A stretch of 64,000 nt of DNA from Acidobacteriota bacterium (GCA_049967655.1 JBMFSH010000011.1:1-64000), one strand, 5' to 3'. Positions 52,916 through 62,469 are shown, counted from the stretch's first letter. The notes: generated by a model not told the origin, from the letters alone. A program made the numbers and translations.

Positions 52916-54583
52916 ATGAAAGCAGGGGCAGGGGAGAAGGCGGGGCCGTTCGCGGAAAGGCGGTGGTTCGTGGGGACGAAGCAGCAGGTGGGGAACAGCA
53001 AGGCCAGCAAGAGCGCAGCCGGAGGGAAGGCCCGGCCGGCTCCCGCCTTCCCGCTCCGCTGCGCGGCCGTGGATGTGGGCACCAACGCCCTGCGGTACCT
53101 GGCCGTCGAATTCAGCGCCCCGGGTCAGTTTCGCGTCTTGGAGAATCTCCGTAACGCGGTGAGGCTGGGCCACGGAGTTTTCCTGAGCGGACGACTCGCG
53201 GAGGAGCAGGCGGCCGAGGCCTTGGAGGTCCTCAAAAGCTATCGAGAGCGCATGGATGCCCTATCCATCTCGCGCTACAGGGCCGTGGCCACCAGCGCCG
53301 TGAGAGAGAGCGCAAACGGAGCAGCCTTCCTAGCTCAGGTGAGGCAGGTCGCCAAGATCGACCTCGAGACCATCCACGGCTCCGAGGAGGCGAGGCTGGT
53401 TCACCGGGCCGTGAAGAGCCGAATCGACCTCGGGACCGCCTACTGGATGCTGGTGGACCTGGGCGGCGGCAGCGTGGAGGTCTCCCTCGTCGACGCCAGC
53501 GGCCTTCAGTGGAGCGAATCCCACACCATGGGCTCGGTTCGCTTGCTGGAGGAGCTCACGGGGAGCGCCCGGGACCGAGGGCGATTCCTGCGACTGCTCA
53601 CGGAGTACGCGGGAACCCTGCGGGTGCGCTCCGGGCTGGAAGAGGTGCGGCCCTCGGGCTACATCGCCACAGGGGGGAATATCGAGACGCTTGCGGAGAT
53701 GGCCACGGCGGTGCCGGACGCCGCCGGCGTCAGCCGACTCCCCGTGGAAGACCTGGCGAGGCTCATTCAGCGGCTCTCCTCCCTGAGCTACCGCGAGCGC
53801 GTGGAGAAGCTGGGCCTGCGAGAGGACCGGGCCGACGTGATCCTCCCCGCCGCCATCATCTACGAGCGCCTAGCTACCCTGGCTCAGGCCAGGGAGATCC
53901 TCGTGCCCTACGTGGGCGTCAAGGAGGGCATCGTGCTGGATCTTGCGGACGGGGCGTCGCCGCTCGGGGCGGGGCAGGTGCGGCAGGCGGAGCAGCAGGT
54001 GGCGAGGACCGCCGTGGCCCTCGGGCGCAAGTACCACTTCGACGAGCCCCACGCCCTCCACGTGGCGTCGCTCGCCCTCTCGCTCTTCGACCAGACGCTC
54101 GCGGTGCATGGCATGGGCGAGGAGGAGCGGCGGATCCTGCACGCCGCGGCGCTCCTGCACGACATCGGCTCCTTTGTCAGCTACACGCGGCACCACAAGC
54201 ACTCGCTCTACCTGATCGCCCACTCCAACCTGGCCGGCTTCACGCCGAGGGAGACGCTCATGGCGGCCAACGTGGCCCGCTACCACCGGCGGAGCTTTCC
54301 CAAGCCCCAGCACGAGCCCTTCACGGCGCTGCAGAAGGACGACCGGGACAAGGTCTCGGCTCTGGCCGCCCTGCTGCGCCTGGCGGACGCCATGGACCGG
54401 GAACACCGGCAGAGGGTGGAGCGGATCAAGGTCAGCGTGAGCCGATGGGCCCTGAAGGTGGGGCTGGAGGGCCAGGGAGACCTCCTGCTGGAGGCCTGGG
54501 CGCTGAAGAGGAAATCGGACCTGCTCCAGAAGGTCTTCGGGAGGCCCGTCGAGGTGGCGCGCCTTGAGAAGGGGGGGAAATGA
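52916..54583 (+). CDS. ppx: Ppx/GppA exopolyphosphatase with HD domain (start uncertain)
   Basis: AVDVGTNA, VRLG, AVATSAVRE..N, G.EEARL, DLGGGSVE, ATGG, DRADVI, AALLHDIG, HHKHS, ARYHR, LRLADA.D. Confidence 0.93.
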   Translation: MKAGAGEKAGPFAERRWFVGTKQQVGNSKASKSAAGGKARPAPAFPLRCAAVDVGTNALRYLAVEFSAPGQFRVLENLRNAVRLGHGVFLSGRLAEEQAAEALEVLKSYRERMDALSISRYRAVATSAVRESANGAAFLAQVRQVAKIDLETIHGSEEARLVHRAVKSRIDLGTAYWMLVDLGGGSVEVSLVDASGLQWSESHTMGSVRLLEELTGSARDRGRFLRLLTEYAGTLRVRSGLEEVRPSGYIATGGNIETLAEMATAVPDAAGVSRLPVEDLARLIQRLSSLSYRERVEKLGLREDRADVILPAAIIYERLATLAQAREILVPYVGVKEGIVLDLADGASPLGAGQVRQAEQQVARTAVALGRKYHFDEPHALHVASLALSLFDQTLAVHGMGEEERRILHAAALLHDIGSFVSYTRHHKHSLYLIAHSNLAGFTPRETLMAANVARYHRRSFPKPQHEPFTALQKDDRDKVSALAALLRLADAMDREHRQRVERIKVSVSRWALKVGLEGQGDLLLEAWALKRKSDLLQKVFGRPVEVARLEKGGK

Positions 54584-55266
54584 TGGACAGGGCGGGTGAA
54601 CACCTCCCCGGCAAGCTCGTCGCCGTGGAGGGGCTGGACGGCTCGGGGAAATCCACGCAGGTCTACCTGCTCTTCCGCTGGCTTCAGAGCCGCGGCTGCC
54701 GGGTCTTTTTCACGGAGTGGAACTCCTCGCTGCTCGTGCGGGAGGCCACCCGCAAGGGGAAGCGGCGGCAACTTTTGACCCCCACGACCTTCAGTCTGAT
54801 CCACGCCACCGATTTCGCCGACCGGTACGAGCGCCAGATCCTCCCCCTCCTGAGGGCGGGCTACATCGTGCTCTGCGACCGCTACATGTTCACCTCCTTC
54901 GCCAGGGATGCGGTGAGGGGGTGCGACCCCGCGTGGCTGCGGCGGATGTACGGCTTCGCCAGGGTTCCGGACATCACCTTCTTCTTCAGGCTCCCCCTCG
55001 AGGTGGCCCTGGGCCGCATCCTGGAGGGGCGGCCCAAGCTGAAGTACTTCGAGGCGGGCATGGACCTGGGCCTGAGCCCAGACATCACGGAGAGCTTCCG
55101 CCTCTTTCAGGGGCGGGTCCTCGAGCAGTACCTCGCCATGGCCGAGGAGTTCGGGTTCACCGTCCTGGACGCCACCCGGCCGGTCCACAGCCAGCAGCAG
55201 GTCGTGCGCCAGATCGTGAACCAGAAGCTGGACCTGGCCACCTTCCACAAGAGGTTCGTGCAATGA
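54580..55266 (+). CDS. Thymidylate-kinase-like P-loop kinase, copy A
   Basis: VEGLDGSGKSTQ P-loop, CDRY, PDITFFF; atypical TEWNSS, HATDFADR and YFEAGMDLGLS. Confidence 0.85.
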   Translation: MMDRAGEHLPGKLVAVEGLDGSGKSTQVYLLFRWLQSRGCRVFFTEWNSSLLVREATRKGKRRQLLTPTTFSLIHATDFADRYERQILPLLRAGYIVLCDRYMFTSFARDAVRGCDPAWLRRMYGFARVPDITFFFRLPLEVALGRILEGRPKLKYFEAGMDLGLSPDITESFRLFQGRVLEQYLAMAEEFGFTVLDATRPVHSQQQVVRQIVNQKLDLATFHKRFVQ

Positions 55267-55976
55267 GCGCCAAACGGTGCTTCGGCAATGCCCCGGCGGG
55301 GGTGGACGTCTCCAAGCTCTCGGGCTCCCTGATCGTCATCGAGGGGCCCGACAGCTCGGGCCGTTCCACCCAGATCGCCCTCCTGACCGAGTGGCTGGAG
55401 CAGCAGGGCTACGCCGTGGAGCAGGTGGGCCTCAAGCGCTCCACGCTCGTGGGGCCGGAGCTGGAGCAGGCCAAGCAGGGCAACGTCCTGAGCCCCCGGA
55501 CCCTCTCGCTCTTCTACGCCACCGATTTCTTCGACCAGCTCGAGAACCGCATCGTGCCCGCCCTGAGAGCCGGCTTCGTGGTGCTGGCGGACCGCTACAT
55601 CTACACCCTGATGGCGAGGGACATCGCGCGAGGGGCCGAGCCCGAATGGGTCTCCTCCATCTACTCGCTCGCCCTGGTGCCGGACGCGGTCTTCTACCTC
55701 ATGGTCTCGCTGCGCACGCTCGTGGAGCGGACCTTCCAGTCGCACGCCGACCTGGACTACTGGGAATCCGGGATGGACTGCGGCCTTTCGAGGGACTGGT
55801 TTCAGAGCTTCGTGAAGTACCAGCGCCGCATGCGCACGGAGTTCATCCGCATGCAGAAGCAGTACGGATTCGTGCCCATCAACGCCAACCGCAGCGTGAT
55901 CACCGTTCAGAAGGACCTGAAGGCCCACATCCAGGAGGTTCTGGACAAGTTCGAAAAGCCCGTGTACCATGGGTGA
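55263..55976 (+). CDS. Thymidylate-kinase-like protein, copy B (variant P-loop)
   Basis: IEGPDSSGRSTQ, YATDFFDQ, LADRYIYT, PDAVFYL, YWESGMD; ATGA overlap with copy A. Confidence 0.85.
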   Translation: MSAKRCFGNAPAGVDVSKLSGSLIVIEGPDSSGRSTQIALLTEWLEQQGYAVEQVGLKRSTLVGPELEQAKQGNVLSPRTLSLFYATDFFDQLENRIVPALRAGFVVLADRYIYTLMARDIARGAEPEWVSSIYSLALVPDAVFYLMVSLRTLVERTFQSHADLDYWESGMDCGLSRDWFQSFVKYQRRMRTEFIRMQKQYGFVPINANRSVITVQKDLKAHIQEVLDKFEKPVYHG

Positions 55977-56406
55977 CATGACTGAACCCGTCAGAGAATC
56001 CAAGCTGGGGAGCCGACCCGCTCCCGGGAAAAGCAAGGCCGCCGAGCCCGTCCCGAAGGGGAAGGCCAAGGCGGCGGGCGCGGCGCGCGTCTCGGCCGAT
56101 GGCCGGCGAAAGAAGCTGGGCCTTGCCGTGGCCGAAGAGCTCCAGGCCACGAGGGGGATCCTGCGCGAGGCGGGCGAGGCCGTGCTGGTCCGCCTGGACG
56201 CCGAGCTGGCCGCCATGGCCTCCTACCTGAGGGGCGAGGAGCTGGAGGGGGAGCACCCCCGGCTTCCCTCGCCGCGCACGCTCGCCGCCATGGTGGAGGA
56301 GTGCCGGGCGCTCAAGGTGAAGCCCAAGAAGGGGCGCGTGAAGGACCTGGCCCGCATTGAGGCCCTGCTGAAGGCCCTCTCGGCCATGATGCCGCCCGAA
56401 GCCTGA
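55969..56406 (+). CDS. Basic helical hypothetical protein
   Basis: Overlaps the upstream stop; GC3-rich; Lys/Arg-rich N-terminus and LKVKPKKGRVKDLARIE. Confidence 0.7.
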   Translation: MGDMTEPVRESKLGSRPAPGKSKAAEPVPKGKAKAAGAARVSADGRRKKLGLAVAEELQATRGILREAGEAVLVRLDAELAAMASYLRGEELEGEHPRLPSPRTLAAMVEECRALKVKPKKGRVKDLARIEALLKALSAMMPPEA

Positions 56407-56434
56407 TGAGCCCGTCCGGCGGGAGGAGTGCGCC

Positions 56435-57160
56435 GTGAGGGTCGCTTTTCTCTCCGACGTCCACGCCAACCTGCCCGCCCTCTGCCGCGCACTGGAGTCC
56501 GCCCGGCGGAACGGCGCCGAGTTCCTCTTCTGCGCCGGCGACCTCGTGGGCGGAGGGCCCCATCCCACCGAGGTGGTCCGCCTCCTCATGGAGCGCGAGA
56601 TCCCCTGCATCCTGGGCAACGTGGACCGCAAGGTGCTCTCCCTGGGGCGGGATCCCAAGCGGCTCCGCAGACGAATCCGCGAGGGCAAGGGGGCCGTGGC
56701 GGCCTGGGCGGCCCTCTCCCTCGGCGAGGCGGAGTGCGCCTGGCTTACCTCCCGGCCCGCGGAGCTGAGGCTGACCCTCGGCGGGACCGACGCGTGGATC
56801 GTCCACGGCAGCCCCCTATCGGATGAGGACTATCTCTATCCCAGCCTCACGACCAGGGCCCTGGGGCCGAGGCTCAAGGGTGAGCGGCCCGGCCTGCTCG
56901 TCTGCGGCCACACGCACATCCCCTTCGCTCGGGCCGTGGGGGCGGTACGCGTCGTCAATTGCGGATCCGTGGGGCGCCCCATCGACGGCGACCCCAGGGG
57001 CTCCTACGCCCTCTGCGATTTCGGGGGTGGAAGACGGCTGCAGAGCCGCATCGTTCGCTTCACCTATCCCGTGGAGGCGCTCGTGGCCGACCTGGAGTCC
57101 CGGGACGTGCCCAAGAGCCACCCGGCTTTCTACCGGACGGGGAGGGGCCACGCCCTCTGA
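56435..57160 (+). CDS. Metallophosphoesterase (calcineurin-like)
   Basis: SDVHAN, GDLV, GNVD, HGSP, GHTH, NCGSVGRP.DGDPR. Confidence 0.92.
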   Translation: MRVAFLSDVHANLPALCRALESARRNGAEFLFCAGDLVGGGPHPTEVVRLLMEREIPCILGNVDRKVLSLGRDPKRLRRRIREGKGAVAAWAALSLGEAECAWLTSRPAELRLTLGGTDAWIVHGSPLSDEDYLYPSLTTRALGPRLKGERPGLLVCGHTHIPFARAVGAVRVVNCGSVGRPIDGDPRGSYALCDFGGGRRLQSRIVRFTYPVEALVADLESRDVPKSHPAFYRTGRGHAL

Positions 57161-57199
57161 CGGGCCTCGGCGCCGGGAGGGCGGGAAGGGAGGCGAGAG

Positions 57200-58810
57200 G
57201 TGGAGGGATCGGGGCGCTCCATTTCATTCCGCCTACCCGCCGCGCGGAGCCTGGCGGGGCTGTTGCGCGCCCTCAAGGGCGTGGGGTACGTCGCAGGCCC
57301 GGTGGGCCGGACCGCCTACCGCACCCTCTTCTTCGAAACCCAGGACGGGCGGCTCTTCCGTGCGGGGCTTCGCCTCGGCCTCGGCCTCCGGAAGGGGCGG
57401 CCCGTCTGGCGCCAGGAGGGGACGGGCGCCCCCTTGGAGACCCCGGCGCCGACGGCCCTCACCGCCGCGCTGGAGGGACGCGCCTGGCTGGAAGCCTCGG
57501 CGGCCGGATGCCCCGAGGCCGCGGCTTCGGCGGCGGGACCGCGTAGGCTTCTTCCCCTGGTGCGCTTGGCGGGCCGGCGCTCCGAGGCGGACCTGGCCTC
57601 GCCATCGGGGGCCGGGCTGGATGTGAGCCTGGACGTCTTCTGGGCGGCCTCTCCGGGCGAAGCACCGCGTCGGGAGGGGCCTCCCCTGCGCCTCCTGACC
57701 GTGCGCCTGTCGGAGGGGGAGCCGGCGGCGCTCCAACACGCGGCGGCCTTCCTCCGGGACCTGCTCCGCCTGGAGCCTTACGAGGGGGACGCCTGCTCGG
57801 CGGGGCTTTTAGCCGTCGACCTCTCCCAGCCGGGGGCGCCGCTTCCGGCCCGGCTGGCGGTCCTTCCCACGGACCGCATGGCCGAGGCGGCGCGCAAGGT
57901 CGTGGAGCGGCAGGCGCTCTTGATGGAGAGGAATTCGGCCGGCACCCGTCTGGACCTGGATCCCGAGTACCTGCACGACCTTCGCGTGGCCACGCGGCGG
58001 CTGCGGGCGGCCCTCCGCCTCTTCGGCGCCGTGCTCGGCGTGCGCCGGGCCGAGGCCCTGCGCTGCGAGCTGCGATGGATCGGCGGTCTTCTTGGGGGAG
58101 TGCGGGATCTGGATGTGCAGCTCCGCGACCTGGAGCCCTTCGGGGAGCGGCTGGGAGAGGCCGAGCGGGTGCTGGCCGTGCTCCGGACTGAGCTCCTGGT
58201 GCGGAGAGGCCCCGCGCTGGAGGCCCTCCGGTCGGCCCTGGCGAGCCGGCGCTACGCCTCGCTCCTACGGCGCCTGCTCGCCCTGGGGAGCTCGCCTGTC
58301 CCCAAGCGCCTCCCGGCCGGGGGTGCGCTTCCCGTCCTCGCGGCCGCCCCGCCCCTGATTCAACGGGCCGCCCGGCGCGTCTTTCGGGTGGGCCGCGCCG
58401 TGACGCCCCAGAGCCCGCCTCCGGAGCTACACCGGCTGCGCATCCTCTTCAAGCGCCTGCGCTACACCTGCGAGTTCTTCCGGGAGGCCTTCCCCGAGGT
58501 CCTGCCGGAGCTCATCGAGTCCATGGTCCGGTTCCAGGACTGCCTGGGGGAGCACCAGGACGCGGTGGTGGCCATGGCCCGCATCCAGGACTTGGCCCGC
58601 CAACTGGTGGCCCGGGGCCGCATGGCGCCGGAGGAGCTTCTGGACCTGGGCGGACTCATCCAGGTGCACCGCGAGGTGGCCCGCGACCGCAGGGCTCGCC
58701 TGGCGGGGCTCTGGAAGGGTTTCGACCGGCCCTCCGTGCGCCGGGCCCTGGCCGGCCTGGGCGCGCCGGCGCCGGAGGGCCGTGAAACAACCGGCCGCCC
58801 GATGGCGTAG
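57200..58810 (+). CDS. Degenerate CYTH domain fused to a CHAD polyphosphate-binding domain
   Basis: FFETQDGRLFRAGLRL (CYTH-like); CHAD motifs E.LHDLRVATRRLRAAL, LG.VRDLDV, LHRLRI.FKRLRY..EFF, QD.LG.HQD. Confidence 0.88.
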   Translation: MEGSGRSISFRLPAARSLAGLLRALKGVGYVAGPVGRTAYRTLFFETQDGRLFRAGLRLGLGLRKGRPVWRQEGTGAPLETPAPTALTAALEGRAWLEASAAGCPEAAASAAGPRRLLPLVRLAGRRSEADLASPSGAGLDVSLDVFWAASPGEAPRREGPPLRLLTVRLSEGEPAALQHAAAFLRDLLRLEPYEGDACSAGLLAVDLSQPGAPLPARLAVLPTDRMAEAARKVVERQALLMERNSAGTRLDLDPEYLHDLRVATRRLRAALRLFGAVLGVRRAEALRCELRWIGGLLGGVRDLDVQLRDLEPFGERLGEAERVLAVLRTELLVRRGPALEALRSALASRRYASLLRRLLALGSSPVPKRLPAGGALPVLAAAPPLIQRAARRVFRVGRAVTPQSPPPELHRLRILFKRLRYTCEFFREAFPEVLPELIESMVRFQDCLGEHQDAVVAMARIQDLARQLVARGRMAPEELLDLGGLIQVHREVARDRRARLAGLWKGFDRPSVRRALAGLGAPAPEGRETTGRPMA

Positions 58811-58819
58811 AATGGGCTC

Positions 58820-59755
58820 ATGAGCGTGGTCCTCTCGGTCCGGGACATCCGCGTCAGCTACGGCCCCACCCAGGCCCTGAGGGGCGTCACCTTCGAAGTC
58901 CCCGGAGGCGCCGTGGGGCTTCTGGGCCCCAACGGCGCGGGCAAGTCCACCCTCATCAAGGCCATCCTCAACCTCGTCCCCCTCTCGGGGGGGCGCATCA
59001 CGCTCATGGGCCAGGACAGCGGCGCCCTGGGGCCCGCTCTCCGCGACCGCGTGGGCTACGTGCCGGAGCGCGAGGGCCTGCGGCCGGGCATGAGCGGGGT
59101 GGGCTGGGTGGCCCTCCTGGGCGAGCTCTCGGGGCTGCCGCGCCGCTCCGCCGTGGAGCGCGCCCACGAGGTGCTCCAGTACGTGGGCCTCGAGGAGAGC
59201 CGCTACCGCAACGTGGAGACCTTCTCCACGGGCATGCGCCAGCGCCTTAAGCTCGCGGCATCCCTGGTGCACGATCCGGCGCTGGTGCTCCTGGACGAGC
59301 CCACCTCGGGCATGGATCCCGTGGGCCGGGAGGAGATGCTGGAGCTCTGCCGGGACCTCGTGAAGCAGGGCAAGACGCTCCTTCTCTCCACGCACATCCT
59401 GAAGGACGTGGAGGCCCTCTGCAGTCAGGTGGTGATCCTGCACGAGGGGCAGGTGCTCGCCGGCGTGACGGTGGAGGACTGGACCCGGAGCGAGGCGCAG
59501 CACTTCCTGGTGCAGTGGGAGGGTCAGGGCCGGGCCTTCGAGAAGGCTTGTAGGGGCAGGGGCTGGACGGTGGAACCGAGGCGGGACGGCCTCATCAAGC
59601 TGGTCCTGCCCGTCGGCGAAGGCCCCCGCTCGGTCTTCCAGGCGGCCCGCGAGGCGGGCGGCGGGCTCAACCGGTTCGTGCGGGAGGAGACCTCCCTGGA
59701 GGAGCTCTTCCTCTCGGCGCTCAATCGCAACGGAGCCGACCATGCCGGTCTATGA
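58820..59755 (+). CDS. ABC transporter ATP-binding protein
   Basis: GPNGAGKST, FSTGMRQR, LLDEPT, STH. Confidence 0.93.
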   Translation: MSVVLSVRDIRVSYGPTQALRGVTFEVPGGAVGLLGPNGAGKSTLIKAILNLVPLSGGRITLMGQDSGALGPALRDRVGYVPEREGLRPGMSGVGWVALLGELSGLPRRSAVERAHEVLQYVGLEESRYRNVETFSTGMRQRLKLAASLVHDPALVLLDEPTSGMDPVGREEMLELCRDLVKQGKTLLLSTHILKDVEALCSQVVILHEGQVLAGVTVEDWTRSEAQHFLVQWEGQGRAFEKACRGRGWTVEPRRDGLIKLVLPVGEGPRSVFQAAREAGGGLNRFVREETSLEELFLSALNRNGADHAGL

Positions 59756-60617
59756 ACAGGGCTACGAGGCCTACGCGGGGGCGAGAAGGCCCCTCGGGCG
59801 CCGCTGGCTTCCCCTCTTCCGGGATGAGCTGCTGCCCTACTTCAGGAAGCGCCGTTTCGTCTTCCTGCTCCTGCTGGCCATGATTCCCTGGCTCTACGGC
59901 ATCGCCCTCACCTTTCTGCACACCCAGCTCGGCGACGCGCAGTGGGCGAAGGAGCTGGTGGGCCAGCTGCCGAAGGTGGACGAGGCCCTGGTGGCCAAGC
60001 TCATGGCCAACGGATTCGACCTCTTCCTCCTGCTCGTGGTCTGCATCTGGGTGGGCTCGGGGCTCGTGGCCAGGGACCGCAGGGACAGGACCCTCGAGGT
60101 CTTTCTGGGCCGCGGCCTCGGGGCGGGCCAGTACCTCTGGGCCAAGGGGGCGGCGCTGGGACTCTTCCTCCTGCTCTTCTCGCTGCTGCCCACCCTGGTG
60201 CTCGTGGTCTTCCAGGTGGGGCTGACGGGCGATGCGGGCTGGATCTTCGTCCATTCCCGGGTGCTGTGGGGCAGCCTGCTCTACACCGTCCTCGGGCTGG
60301 GCTCGCTGACCGCGTTCGTCCTCGCCCTCTCTTCGCTGGGGCGCTCGCCCAGGGTGGTGGGGCTCGTGCTCGTCGGGATCGTCTTTTTCGGCGACGTGGC
60401 CTGCGGCATCCTCTACGGGATCACCCGGAATCCGGCCATTTGGTTCTTCTCCGTGGCCAAGGAGCTGGAGGTCCTGGCCTGCCGCTGCCTCGGCGCCCCT
60501 CCCCCGCACTTCATCTCCCTTCCGCTCTGGCTGAGCGTGCTCTTCTTCGCCGGCCTGGCGGCCCTCAGCGCGGGAGTGCTCTTCCTGCGCTTCGCGCGCA
60601 GGGGGGTGCTGCAATGA
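59742..60617 (+). CDS. ABC-2-type transporter permease
   Basis: About 6 TM helices; GSGLVARDRRDRTLEVFLGR.L....Y...K. Confidence 0.85.
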   Translation: MPVYEQGYEAYAGARRPLGRRWLPLFRDELLPYFRKRRFVFLLLLAMIPWLYGIALTFLHTQLGDAQWAKELVGQLPKVDEALVAKLMANGFDLFLLLVVCIWVGSGLVARDRRDRTLEVFLGRGLGAGQYLWAKGAALGLFLLLFSLLPTLVLVVFQVGLTGDAGWIFVHSRVLWGSLLYTVLGLGSLTAFVLALSSLGRSPRVVGLVLVGIVFFGDVACGILYGITRNPAIWFFSVAKELEVLACRCLGAPPPHFISLPLWLSVLFFAGLAALSAGVLFLRFARRGVLQ

Positions 60618-61528
60618 TCCGGGTCGAGAACGTCTCCAAGTGGTACGGCATGGTGGTGGGAGTGAACCGCATCTCCCTGGAGCTGGAGCCCGGCGTCACG
60701 GGCCTCCTGGGCGTGAACGGCGCGGGCAAGAGCACGCTCCTCAACCTCATGGCGGGCCTTCTGCGCCCCTCTTCGGGCACGGTGGCCCTGGACGGCCAGC
60801 CCACCTTCGCCAACCCGGCCGCCCTACGGCACATCGGCACCTGTCCCAGCCCGGACCACCTCTACGAGGAGCTGACCGGACTCCAGTTCGTGGAGCTCAT
60901 GGGGCGGCTCTCGGGCCTCCCGGCGGCCGAGGCCAGGGCCCGCGCCCGGGCCTCCTGCGACGCCGTGGCCATGGGCGAGGAGGCGGGCAAGCGCATCCGC
61001 TCCATGAGCAAGGGGATGCGGCAGAAGGTGAAGATGGCCCAGGCCCTGGTCCACGAGCCCAAGGTCCTGCTGCTGGACGAGCCGCTCAACGGCATGGACC
61101 CGCCCAGCCGGGCCCAGACCATCGAGGCCATCCGCCGCTGGGGCGAGGAGGGGCGCTACGTCCTGGTCTCCTCCCACATGCTGCACGAGGTGGAGGCCAT
61201 GACCTCGCGCATCCTGCTCCTGCACCACGGCAAGCTCCTGGCCTCCGGGGAGGTGCCCCAGGTGCGCCAGGCCATCGCCTCGCGGCCCATGCGCGTCTTC
61301 GTGCGGTGCGCCCAGGCCCGCCTCCTCGCCTCCGAGATGATCGGGTGGGACTGCCTGGCCTCGCTCTCCTTCGGCTCCGACGGCCGGTCGCTCACGGCCG
61401 AGGTGAGCGACACGGGGGCCTTCCGGACCCGCCTGTCGGAGCTGATGGCCGAGCGGGACCTGGGCCTCGAGATCCTGAACCCCCTGGACGACAATCTGGC
61501 GGCTGTCTTCTCCTACCTGGTGGCCTGA
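60614..61528 (+). CDS. ABC transporter ATP-binding protein
   Basis: GVNGAGKST, MSKGMRQK, LLDEPLNGMDP, SSH. Confidence 0.93.
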   Translation: MIRVENVSKWYGMVVGVNRISLELEPGVTGLLGVNGAGKSTLLNLMAGLLRPSSGTVALDGQPTFANPAALRHIGTCPSPDHLYEELTGLQFVELMGRLSGLPAAEARARARASCDAVAMGEEAGKRIRSMSKGMRQKVKMAQALVHEPKVLLLDEPLNGMDPPSRAQTIEAIRRWGEEGRYVLVSSHMLHEVEAMTSRILLLHHGKLLASGEVPQVRQAIASRPMRVFVRCAQARLLASEMIGWDCLASLSFGSDGRSLTAEVSDTGAFRTRLSELMAERDLGLEILNPLDDNLAAVFSYLVA

Positions 61529-61529
61529 G

Positions 61530-62318
61530 ATGGATTCGGCGACGCTCACCCTCTTCTCCTTCACGGCCCGGCAGATGACGCGCTCGGTCAAGGCCTGGCT
61601 CTTCGGCCTCATGGTGGCCGTGCCCTGGGGCGTGGTCCTGCTACTGAGGCTTCTCATCGCCCAGGGGGTGCCCGTGCCGATGGGTGGAGTCACGCTCTAC
61701 GGCATGCTCGTGCTCGGGTACGTGCTCGGCTTTTTCGTGCCGCTCTCGACGCTCTTTTTCGGGACGGCCCTCATCGCCGACGAGGTGGAGGGCGGAACCC
61801 TGCCCTACCTCTTCGGCCGGCCCATCCGGCGCGAGAAGCTTTTCCTCGTCCGGTACGCGGCCATGACGGCCATCCTGCTGGCGGGAACGTGGGCCAGCGT
61901 CCTGGGCACCTACGTCCTGGCCATGACGAGCGGATCGCCCGCGGGAGAGCTGGGGACCTTGGGCGGCGACCTCTTCACCGTAGGCCTCGCCGTGGCGGTC
62001 TACGGGGCCCTCTTCTCCTTCCTCGGCATGGCCCTAAAGAAGCCCCTCTTCTGGGGGCTCCTCATCGGCTTCGGCTGGGAGAACCTGGTGGCGTGGCTGC
62101 CGGGCTTCCTCAAGCGCCTCACCCTGCTCTTCCACCTCCACACCCTGCTCCCCCACGCCTCGGGGCCCCAGGGCCTCCTCCAGCAGCTCCTGGCCTCCAG
62201 CGAGAGCCGCCTGGCGGCCCTGCTCTTCCTGCTCGTCTACGAGGCCCTCTTCCTGGCCCTAGGCTGCCTCCTCATCCGCCGCATGGAGGCCTCCGTTGGC
62301 GAGAGGGAAGAAGGGTAG
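61530..62318 (+). CDS. ABC-2-type transporter permease
   Basis: About 6 TM helices; LIADEVEGGTLPYLFGRPIRR. Confidence 0.87.
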   Translation: MDSATLTLFSFTARQMTRSVKAWLFGLMVAVPWGVVLLLRLLIAQGVPVPMGGVTLYGMLVLGYVLGFFVPLSTLFFGTALIADEVEGGTLPYLFGRPIRREKLFLVRYAAMTAILLAGTWASVLGTYVLAMTSGSPAGELGTLGGDLFTVGLAVAVYGALFSFLGMALKKPLFWGLLIGFGWENLVAWLPGFLKRLTLLFHLHTLLPHASGPQGLLQQLLASSESRLAALLFLLVYEALFLALGCLLIRRMEASVGEREEG

Positions 62319-62469
62319 GGCCGGAGGAGGAAAAGAGCCGTCCGGCCCCGGGGCCCCGTCCGCCAGCTGGCTTCGGAAGATACAATAGACATGGCTGGAC
62401 ATGCCTTTTCGGGAAAAGCCAAGAAAGACGGCCTCCCTTCCTTGCGGTTGTGGGTTTGCGGGCTGCCCC

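Noticed and set aside
54580..55976. Assigning the gene symbol tmk
   Set aside because: Motifs and context differ from housekeeping dTMP kinase, so the function is left open
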